The translations under genes and the position numbers were made by a program. From positions 855,659 to 919,658 of the forward strand of contig JBFWNU010000002.1 in assembly GCA_050250895.1 (NCBI GenBank): a stretch of DNA of 64,000 bases, read 5' to 3'. Every line of letters starts with the position of its first letter. Position 1 is the stretch's first letter. The notes below the pieces were generated by a model, which was given only the letters and a program-made list of their open reading frames with translations, searched no databases and had not been told where the DNA came from. This stretch comes from Vulcanimicrobiota bacterium (GTDB taxonomy: Bacteria; Vulcanimicrobiota; Xenobia; Xenobiales; JADMJV01). Below, piece after piece: positions 56,584 through 64,000 of the stretch.

Positions 56584-57951
56584 GTGGGTGTGTTTTGCGT
56601 GACTTGCGACGAGACGTTTAGTTCGGTCCACAATCGGTGTCCTAAGTGCGGGGCCTGGTTGCGGACCAGCAAGCCGCAGGTCGAGGTCATTGCCGAGGTC
56701 GAGAACGGCTCGACCGTGGCCGTGGCCAAGTCGGGCAAAGGCAAGAAAGTGGTGGCTCGCATCGAACCGTCACCCGCGTTGACCGACCCCCAGTGGGGTG
56801 CCCCAGGGCCTGACTGGGCCGGGGCGCCTAAAGTCAAAACGCCGGTGGGACAGAGCTGGTTGGGCGACGAGCCGGATACCGAATGGGGCAAACCCAATCC
56901 AAGAATCCGCATTCCGGACGATCCCGACTCGCTCGACGAAAGCTGGGTCGACGACGAGGTCAACCGGCCCGATTCTGACGAGTCCGAGCGCACGGTCACG
57001 GCCGAGGCCATCGCCAGCGATCCCCAGGCCACCTGGCTGGTAGCTTTACTGCTGGCCCTGGTCGCTATCGGAGGCTTCTATCTTTTGCGACCTTCACGCC
57101 ATCAGCCGGTGGCCCAGGTCGATCAGAGCGCCACTACACGTGAGCATTTCGACTTCTTGATGTCCAAGGCTCACGAGGCGGCCGGCAGGGGAGAGTACGA
57201 GGTGGCCGCCCTGCAGGCGGCCTCGGCTCTCGAGGGCTATCAGGGTGACGATGCGCAGAAGGCGCGAGCCGAGATGGCCGGCTACTTTGCTAAAGCCGGG
57301 CAGTCCGAGCGGGCTCTGGCCGAGTTCGAGCGGTTGGCCGCGCTCGATCCCAGCTATGCCACCCAGGTCGCGGCCCTCAAACAAGAGAGGGCTCGGGCGG
57401 GGCGCGTGGCTGCCAACGAACTGCTCAAGCAGAGCGAGCAGGCCTTTAAGACCAGGGACTATGGCACGGCCATCTCGCACGCTGAGCGGGCCCTCAAGCT
57501 CTATCGCGACAATCAGGGGACCAAACAGCAGATGAGTCAAGCCCTGGGGTTGATGGGGTTGGGTCTGGCTCGTTTTGACGACCTGGGCCGGGCCCGTGAC
57601 TGTTTGAGCGAGGCGCAGCGACTGGCGCCCCAGGAACGATTCCGGCAAGAGTTGGCTCGGGTCGAGCGCGACCTCAATCCGGCTCGACCCAACCGGCCTC
57701 GCCCGTCACCCACCAGGACGGTGGTGGTCCGACCGACCGGCTATCCCAAGAAGCCGGCCGAGCCGACTCCACCCCTGCCCGACATCGACTTTGAAGAGCA
57801 GCCCGAGGAGCAACCGATCGAGTTGCCTAACTTGCCTGAACAGCCCCCCGCTGAGGTGAGCTTTCCGGATGAGGAACGCCAGCCCACCCCCACCCCCAGT
57901 GCTCATCCCCGACCCGACCCCTGGAAGAAGCTCGAGGCCGTGGTCAAGTGA
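56584..57951 (+). CDS. Zinc-ribbon/TM/TPR protein with Pro-rich tail
   Basis: CVTC..CPKCG, one TM helix, TPR-like helices. Confidence 0.7.
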   Translation: MGVFCVTCDETFSSVHNRCPKCGAWLRTSKPQVEVIAEVENGSTVAVAKSGKGKKVVARIEPSPALTDPQWGAPGPDWAGAPKVKTPVGQSWLGDEPDTEWGKPNPRIRIPDDPDSLDESWVDDEVNRPDSDESERTVTAEAIASDPQATWLVALLLALVAIGGFYLLRPSRHQPVAQVDQSATTREHFDFLMSKAHEAAGRGEYEVAALQAASALEGYQGDDAQKARAEMAGYFAKAGQSERALAEFERLAALDPSYATQVAALKQERARAGRVAANELLKQSEQAFKTRDYGTAISHAERALKLYRDNQGTKQQMSQALGLMGLGLARFDDLGRARDCLSEAQRLAPQERFRQELARVERDLNPARPNRPRPSPTRTVVVRPTGYPKKPAEPTPPLPDIDFEEQPEEQPIELPNLPEQPPAEVSFPDEERQPTPTPSAHPRPDPWKKLEAVVK

Positions 57952-58088
57952 ATCGAATTGGACGATTGCTGGATTTCTCCACGACTTCTTGCCGGTCTTT
58001 TGCTGGAAAGTAAAGTTTCTGGTTACGGTTGGTTGTAGGTCCTTGTTTTAAGTTTTCTTTCGGTTCGCTCTTCCATGATGGTCATACA

Positions 58089-58916
58089 ATGCGAATCTCG
58101 AACCACCACACCCAAACCCCTCGCCCCCGTCGGGCAGCCACTAGCGGGACCCCCGCCGAATCACCTCAGACTGAGGACGGCAACAAGAAGAAGATCGAGG
58201 TCGTCTCGAAAGTGCTGGGAGCGGCCTGCGTCGCCTCAGGCGCCATCACCGCCGGCCGGATCGTGGCCGACGTCGCCTCGACCCCAGGACTGGCTGGCAA
58301 AGTAGCTCTCGGGGCTGGGGCCGTGGCGGCAGCCGCAGCCGGACTGGTGGCCGCCGATTTTGCCAGTGGGGTCTTTCACTGGACCATCGACAACTATCCC
58401 GACCAGGACACTCCCATCGTGGGTAGGCTGGCTGAGGACTTTCAGAACCATCACCAGGCTTCGGGAATGGACCATGTCAGCGTGTGGGAAAACATCGCCC
58501 CCGCCGCCGGAGCATTTGTCTTGCCCCTGGCGGGACTGGCCGCTTTTACGCCTCACCCCATCCTGGCGGCGGCGGGTCTGACCTTCACCGGTGGAGCGGT
58601 GCTGGCCCAGGCTTCTCACCGCTGGTCGCATATGACCAGTCCTCCCACGGTGGCTCGCTTTCTGCAGAAACTTCACATCAGCCAGTCGGCTGAGAACCAC
58701 GCGCGCCATCACGAGGATCCTTACGACGAGAACTATTGCATCGTCAACGGCAGCCTCAATGGCGTGCTGGCCCGGACCAATTTCTGGCGTAAGATGGAAC
58801 ACGGTGTCTTCAAGCTGACCGGCGCCGAGCCCAACTCCTGGAAAGACCCTAAGGTCAAAGCCCTGGCCCTGGGCCAGACTACCAAAGCTGAACTCGAACA
58901 AGGGACCCGGTCTTAA
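58089..58916 (+). CDS. CarF/TMEM189/FAD4-family membrane lipid desaturase
   Basis: ADFASGVFHW..DNY, FQNHH, HRWSH, HARHH..PY..NYCIVNG His-box set. Confidence 0.88.
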   Translation: MRISNHHTQTPRPRRAATSGTPAESPQTEDGNKKKIEVVSKVLGAACVASGAITAGRIVADVASTPGLAGKVALGAGAVAAAAAGLVAADFASGVFHWTIDNYPDQDTPIVGRLAEDFQNHHQASGMDHVSVWENIAPAAGAFVLPLAGLAAFTPHPILAAAGLTFTGGAVLAQASHRWSHMTSPPTVARFLQKLHISQSAENHARHHEDPYDENYCIVNGSLNGVLARTNFWRKMEHGVFKLTGAEPNSWKDPKVKALALGQTTKAELEQGTRS

Positions 58917-58955
58917 CTCGAAGCCCTGTTCTGCCGATAGCCTTTCCGAGGCGAA

Positions 58956-59429
58956 ATGGGTAGAGCAGACGCAACAAGAGGACTTTCTCTGGCCGAAGTG
59001 ATGGTGGCCATCTTCGTCGCTTCCATCGGACTGCTGGGCACGGCCTCGGTGCTGTGGTATTCGCTCAAAGCCGAAAAGGGGGCCGAGCAAAGGCTCCAGG
59101 GTGTATTCTGGAGCCGCGAGATGCTCAACACCATCCGGGCACGCAATCTGCCTTTTCAACCGGACATTCCTTCGGTTCCCAACCCGCTCAACGACGGCAG
59201 CTATGATGACCCCAGCGACGATACGGGTCCTCGCCGAGCCTTCAATGCCGCGCCTTTCGCCGAAGACTTTCCCGATCTCAACTTCCAGCGAAGAATCGAG
59301 ATGAAACGGCTGTCCAACGACCCGCTCAGCCACCTCTATAGCGTGGCCGTCATCAAGGTCACCCTGTTCTGGAACGAGGGGGAGCGGACGAGGAGCGTGA
59401 CGCTATGCGGTTATCATCGTCGCCCCTGA
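58956..59429 (+). CDS. PilV-like minor pilin
   Basis: RG|LSLAEVMVAIFV. Confidence 0.82.
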   Translation: MGRADATRGLSLAEVMVAIFVASIGLLGTASVLWYSLKAEKGAEQRLQGVFWSREMLNTIRARNLPFQPDIPSVPNPLNDGSYDDPSDDTGPRRAFNAAPFAEDFPDLNFQRRIEMKRLSNDPLSHLYSVAVIKVTLFWNEGERTRSVTLCGYHRRP

Positions 59430-60067
59430 GAGCCTTCACGCTGGCCGAACTGCTGGTGGCCATGGCCATCTCGAGCCTGATCCTTTTGGCTATCATGTCG
59501 CTCTATCAAGCCGGAGTGTGGGAGTTCACTCGCTCCTCGGGCCGTATCGAGATGGTGCGGCGCGGCCGCAATCTGCTCGACCGCATCCAGCCTTTGCTGG
59601 GGACGGCCATCAAGCTTAACCCCACCGGTGCCCAGGAGGCGATCTATTTTCCCGACCAGGTCCTCGACGATTTTTCTCAGCCGGGCGAGACCCGCGTTCT
59701 CTTCTCGACTCCTGTCGACTTTCTCGGCAACAACCCCCTGCCGTCGGCGCGCGAGTTGCGGCTAAAACCGACGTTCTACCTCTATGAGATCGCCATGGTT
59801 CCGGGAGAGGGTCGGGGTCAGGACGTGGTGCTGAGAAGGCGACGGGACCCGATGACCCCGGATCTTAGCGTCGAGCCGCGGGTGCTCGGGCGCGATGTGG
59901 ACGACTTTCGGGTCAAGTATCTGCGCCCCGGGGCGCTCGAGATCGAGGTGGTGCTCTCGGTCGACGCGATTTCGGACGAGTTGATCCGACACAAGCTCGA
60001 AGGGCGGGGAATGCAGCGCATCAGGCTGTCCACCATCATCGGTATTCCTTACTACAATCAGTCTTAG
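59405..60067 (+). CDS. PilW-like minor pilin
   Basis: RA|FTLAELLVAMAI. Confidence 0.82.
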   Translation: MRLSSSPLRAFTLAELLVAMAISSLILLAIMSLYQAGVWEFTRSSGRIEMVRRGRNLLDRIQPLLGTAIKLNPTGAQEAIYFPDQVLDDFSQPGETRVLFSTPVDFLGNNPLPSARELRLKPTFYLYEIAMVPGEGRGQDVVLRRRRDPMTPDLSVEPRVLGRDVDDFRVKYLRPGALEIEVVLSVDAISDELIRHKLEGRGMQRIRLSTIIGIPYYNQS

Positions 60068-60075
60068 GAGCGGTT

Positions 60076-61902
60076 ATGAAACGACAGGGTTCGATCTTGA
60101 TGCTGGCCATCATCTATCTCTTTCTACTGCAGATCCTGGCCGTCGCGTTCGTCCGCATCCTGCCGGTGGAATCGCGCGCAGCCCTGCGCTCGGAAGAGTC
60201 GGTGACGGCCTCGCTGGTGGCCGAAGCGGGGGTGACCGAAGCCCTGGCCTGGCTGCGGGCCCAACTCGAACCTCCCGATGGCTCGGCTTCGCGCGAGCCT
60301 CTCCATGCCGCCGTCTATCCATCCCAAACCAGGCGAACGGTGGCCCTCAATAGCGAGTGGTCTTATCGCTGGTCTCTGAGCGCTGATGCCGAGACGTACC
60401 CCAACGGCAGCGTGCCTATCCGTGGCTACACCATAGTGGCTCGCGCCTATCACCAGCGGGCCGTCTGTCGCGAGGCGCGGGCTCAGGTGATTCAGGAAGC
60501 CCTCACCAAATACGCTGCTCTCTACGACCAGTGGCCCGACAATCTGGTGATGGGCATCGAGAGCACGGACGCTCCGCAGGGTGGCCCCGTGCACGTCAAC
60601 GACGTCACCAGACTGTGGATCAAGGACGGCGCTTCCTATTGGACCTCGTCGGGCCAGCCCTTCTTTAGCCATGGGCTCACCGCTTCGGGTGTCTATAGCG
60701 CTGTCGGACCCGGCCAGGACGGCTTCGCCTACTACCAGGGCAACTGGAGCGGCAACGACTCTGCTCGCATTCCCTATTCACCCTATGGCGGCCCCATCGC
60801 TTCGCGCTACAATCGCCTGGTGGCCGGAGGTCGGGACAACATCGTGGCCGGCGTGCAGAAGGTCAAGCTGCCCGAAAATACCTTCAGCCTGCGCGACGCT
60901 GCCTGGGGGTTCTCTTCCACCGCCAGCCGTCCCAGCACCGACGGGCTCTATCTCAACTCCAGCGGCGGCAAGCTTTTGGGTGGTATCTATATCCGCGGAA
61001 CCGTGGAGGAAATGCAACTCGGTTTCGGGGGCAGTCAGACGGCCGGCTCGTCTACCGTAAGTTACGCTACCAATAGCTGGGTCAAGGTCGAACAGTACCG
61101 CACGGGGGTGCGCAGCATCGACTCGAACCAGTGTTACACGGTGGTCACCGTAGAGGATAGCTCGGTGGTGTTGCCAGCCTCGGCCACGGTCAATGGAACC
61201 AAGCTCAAGGCGCCCCTGACCGTGCCGGTCGGCAACACCATCCTGCGCCAGCCCGATGGCACGTTCATGACCTATCAGGGTCTGAGCAATGGAGTGGTGT
61301 ATGCCACCAACGATGTCGACAATCTGTGGGGCACCAACAAAGGGCGGCGCACGATCGTCTCCGAGCAGAACAAGTCGACCAGCAGCTTCGGCACCATTCG
61401 CATCGGAGGTTGGGAGAACGACTCGAGCGGGAATGTCAGCAAAACGGCGGGTCAGAAGGGATTGCTGGCCTACGGCGCGAGCGACGCCAACCACGACGGC
61501 GTGCTGGATTCACCCGCCACGGCCGCTAACGCACTCGGATTGGTGGCCTACGACGTGACCGTTTCGTCGGCTCTTAAGGGCAGCAGCTGGTCGTCGAGTC
61601 ACCCTTCCAACAACCCGCTCTACCTCTATTGCTCGGTGGTGGCCGGGATGTCTGGTCGGGGCGGCAGCTATGCAGTCGAGTCCTACACTTCGGGTGGTGC
61701 CGGCTATGCCTATCGTTACGGCAGCCGGATTCAGGTCGACGCCGGGGCCTGGGGAACGACCTCAGGCCAGGGTCTGATCATGGGCACCAGCTATTTCGAT
61801 GAGGCCAGCGCTGCCTCTCCGCCGCCGTACTTTCCGGCCCTGCCCACCTTTTCGGTGGTGACCTACGAAGACACCCCGGTCTTTGACGGAGATCACTTGT
61901 AG
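60076..61902 (+). CDS. PilX-like pilus assembly protein with large C-terminal domain
   Basis: KRQG|SILMLAII, AEAGVTEA, GPVHVN, PPPYFP. Confidence 0.75.
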   Translation: MKRQGSILMLAIIYLFLLQILAVAFVRILPVESRAALRSEESVTASLVAEAGVTEALAWLRAQLEPPDGSASREPLHAAVYPSQTRRTVALNSEWSYRWSLSADAETYPNGSVPIRGYTIVARAYHQRAVCREARAQVIQEALTKYAALYDQWPDNLVMGIESTDAPQGGPVHVNDVTRLWIKDGASYWTSSGQPFFSHGLTASGVYSAVGPGQDGFAYYQGNWSGNDSARIPYSPYGGPIASRYNRLVAGGRDNIVAGVQKVKLPENTFSLRDAAWGFSSTASRPSTDGLYLNSSGGKLLGGIYIRGTVEEMQLGFGGSQTAGSSTVSYATNSWVKVEQYRTGVRSIDSNQCYTVVTVEDSSVVLPASATVNGTKLKAPLTVPVGNTILRQPDGTFMTYQGLSNGVVYATNDVDNLWGTNKGRRTIVSEQNKSTSSFGTIRIGGWENDSSGNVSKTAGQKGLLAYGASDANHDGVLDSPATAANALGLVAYDVTVSSALKGSSWSSSHPSNNPLYLYCSVVAGMSGRGGSYAVESYTSGGAGYAYRYGSRIQVDAGAWGTTSGQGLIMGTSYFDEASAASPPPYFPALPTFSVVTYEDTPVFDGDHL

Positions 61903-63119
61903 TGCATGTCTTTTGCTTCAAAGCGATCGACTCGGCCGACCAGCTGGTCTGCGGCCAGTTCTCGGCGCCCAGCCTGGACTTCGCCCAGCAACGCTTGCGC
62001 GAGGTCTATCGCACCATTCTGGTGCTCGAACCGCGCAGCTCTCGGGCGGGGTTGCGCGGGCCCTCGACTCCCAAGGTCAAAAAGGCCAGCCTCTCGATCT
62101 ACTGTCGCCAGCTGGCTGCCATGGTCAACGCCGGCATCTCGATCAACCGCGCCTTTCGCTTTTGCGCCAACGGTGACGATGCGCGCCTCAACGTGGTCAT
62201 GCAAAAGGTGGCCGGCGACATCGAGTCGGGAATGAGTGTGGCCCGAGCCCTCAACGAGCAGCCCCATGTTTTCGGGCAGACCTTCGTGTCGCTGGTCGCG
62301 GCCGGCGAAGAGTCGGGAACCATGGACAGCACCCTGAAGAAGCTGGCCGACCTGCTCGAGCAACAAGTCGGGCTCGAAAAGCGAGTGCAGTCGACCATGG
62401 CCTATCCGGCCGTCATCGCGGTAGTGGCCGTGACGGTGGTCGCCTTTTTCATCTTCTACATCCTGCCCATGATGTTGCCGGTCTTCACCGAGATGTCGAT
62501 GGAACTTCCCTGGCCCACGCGGATGTTGGTCAAGGTCACGGCCCTGGCCCGCAATCCGTTCTTGATGATTCCGCTGGGTGTTGTCCTCTTCGCCGGCCTG
62601 TTCGGCATCTCGCGAGTGCTGGCCGACATCGAGAGTTATCCCCAGGTGCGTCGCAAGTTCGACGAACTGATCCTCAAGCTACCCCTCATCGGCAAGCTTT
62701 ATCGACTCAACGGTCAGGCGCGCGTGTTGTTCACCCTGGGCACCATGCTCGATGCCGGGGTGCCTTTGCTCAAGTGCCTGGAAGTGGTCGAGAAAGTGGC
62801 TACCAACGTGGTTTTGGCCGAGGGTCTGCACAAGACTCGGCGGGCGCTGCTCAACGGTCGTAGCTTCTATGACGCCCTGAGAACCCATGGAGTGCTCTCG
62901 AAGATCGCTCTGCAGATGATCAAGGTCGGGCAAGAGACGGGGACTCTGTCGGATATGGTGCTGCGGGTCGGGGCTCTCTATGACGACCAGTTGGCCCACC
63001 AACTCGAGCTCATCGCCGGCATGATCGAGCCGCTGATGATGGCCTTCATCGGCGGCGTCGTCGGCTTCATCACCCTGGCCTCTTTTCTACCGATGGTGAG
63101 CTTGCTCAACAATCTTTAG
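61902..63119 (+). CDS. Type II secretion system F family / PilC platform protein
   Basis: RQLAAMVNAGI, AGEESGTM, YP, GQETGTL, IEP motifs. Confidence 0.93.
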   Translation: MHVFCFKAIDSADQLVCGQFSAPSLDFAQQRLREVYRTILVLEPRSSRAGLRGPSTPKVKKASLSIYCRQLAAMVNAGISINRAFRFCANGDDARLNVVMQKVAGDIESGMSVARALNEQPHVFGQTFVSLVAAGEESGTMDSTLKKLADLLEQQVGLEKRVQSTMAYPAVIAVVAVTVVAFFIFYILPMMLPVFTEMSMELPWPTRMLVKVTALARNPFLMIPLGVVLFAGLFGISRVLADIESYPQVRRKFDELILKLPLIGKLYRLNGQARVLFTLGTMLDAGVPLLKCLEVVEKVATNVVLAEGLHKTRRALLNGRSFYDALRTHGVLSKIALQMIKVGQETGTLSDMVLRVGALYDDQLAHQLELIAGMIEPLMMAFIGGVVGFITLASFLPMVSLLNNL

Positions 63120-63736
63120 GGCTCGTGGTGAGAGCCGAGCGGGGCGCCGCAGCCAGCGCAGGCGCGGGCGTCGAACTCGTTGGGCGAGTTGCAGAACTTG
63201 CACACGATGCGCTTGGCCTGGCGTTCGCGGCGGGCTTTCCACAAAGAAGCGGCTTTGTGCAACTCGCCACGGTCGAGCCAGACACCTTTGCAGAACTTGC
63301 ATACGTCGAGGCTGATGCCGTCGAGGTCGTCGACCTCCATCTTGTCGCGACACTTGGGACACAGCCGCTGGCCCTCGGGGTTTTTATAGAAGGCCACTTT
63401 CATTACGCGCGGGTTGACCAGTTCATCGGGAAGCTCCTGGTAGCTACCCAGGGCGTCAAGGGCTTCTTCCTTGAGGTAGATGCCGCGACACTTGCCGCAA
63501 TCGAAATACTGGATGCCTTCGAATTCGGTCTCGCGCATCTGATCGCGGCAGCTGGGACAGGGTGCCTGAGCGCTGTCTTGCTCCTGGGCATGGCGGTTAT
63601 AGAACTTAGCCTTGTTTCGCTCATAGGGAGTGAGCTCGGCTTCGGTTTTGACCGACAGATCGACATCGCCCGACTTGAGGCCGAAAATGCTCAGCAGACA
63701 ACCCAGTGGTCCACATCCCTTTTGGTTACCCATCAC
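63116..63736 (-). CDS. Protein with two TFIIB-type zinc ribbons and a C-terminal zinc ribbon
   Basis: CPSC..CGKCRGIYL; CPKC..CKFCKGVWLDRGEL; CKFC..CAGCG. Confidence 0.85.
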   Translation of the reverse strand: MMGNQKGCGPLGCLLSIFGLKSGDVDLSVKTEAELTPYERNKAKFYNRHAQEQDSAQAPCPSCRDQMRETEFEGIQYFDCGKCRGIYLKEEALDALGSYQELPDELVNPRVMKVAFYKNPEGQRLCPKCRDKMEVDDLDGISLDVCKFCKGVWLDRGELHKAASLWKARRERQAKRIVCKFCNSPNEFDARACAGCGAPLGSHHEP

Positions 63737-63787
63737 AATCTAGTTAGGGAAAGGGTGGTGGATCCCTTTTGCGCGAAAGAGGAGCCC

Positions 63788-64000
63788 ATGCGCGTGGCCG
63801 CAGTGCAGTTCAAAGCCCGCAAAGGCGACTTCGAGGGGTCGATGGCGGCCCTTTGCCAACTGGCCGAGTTGGCCACTCAAGAGGCCGATCTGGTGGTGTT
63901 GCCCGAGATGGCCGTGACCGGCTACGTGTTTTTCTCGCCCGAACACGCCCGCACCGTGGCCGAAGAGCCCGAAGGGCCAACCTTCGCCCGGTTGAGCCCG
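63788..64000 (+). CDS. Carbon-nitrogen hydrolase/nitrilase family protein (3' partial)
   Basis: GAGGAG RBS; MRVAAVQF...ADLVVLPEMAVTGY. Confidence 0.88.
   Translation, partial: MRVAAVQFKARKGDFEGSMAALCQLAELATQEADLVVLPEMAVTGYVFFSPEHARTVAEEPEGPTFARLSP

Overview
GC-rich (roughly two-thirds G+C) bacterial chromosomal segment with about 50 genes; no rRNA, tRNA, CRISPR array or intact transposase was recognised. The gene content (several prepilin-motif genes, Hanks-type Ser/Thr kinases, DUF222/HNH remnant, Rhs fragment, many proteins with low-complexity N-terminal extensions) suggests Ca. Eremiobacterota/Vulcanimicrobiota, which is an inference only. Housekeeping and envelope genes include an FAH-family hydrolase, ubiX, GH31, uppP, M13 and M14 peptidases, patatin, a hybrid histidine kinase with REC-CheB, pilus genes and a nitrilase. 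Two loci stand out. (1) 23.0-25.8 kb: a candidate new graspetide-type RiPP locus, with a 311-aa precursor-like gene (leader-like 'KEPFISSQF', tandem 32-aa Glu/Asp-Lys-rich repeats) followed by a degenerate and an intact ATP-grasp ligase. (2) 36.7-44.7 kb: an operon resembling a split bacterial midasin (Rea1/MDN1), made of a tandem-AAA ATPase, a 1530-aa Gln/Met-repeat protein ending in a midasin-like MIDAS/VWA domain, and a small degenerate AAA module; a 1.3-kb modular hairpin satellite follows it. Also present: an orphan Rhs toxin with a lytic-transglycosylase-like tip plus candidate immunity gene, an HTH-fused pseudo-PilB ATPase, a CheB lacking its catalytic Ser, and a CarF/TMEM189/FAD4-family desaturase. 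All family calls come from motif recognition by eye; no database searches were run.
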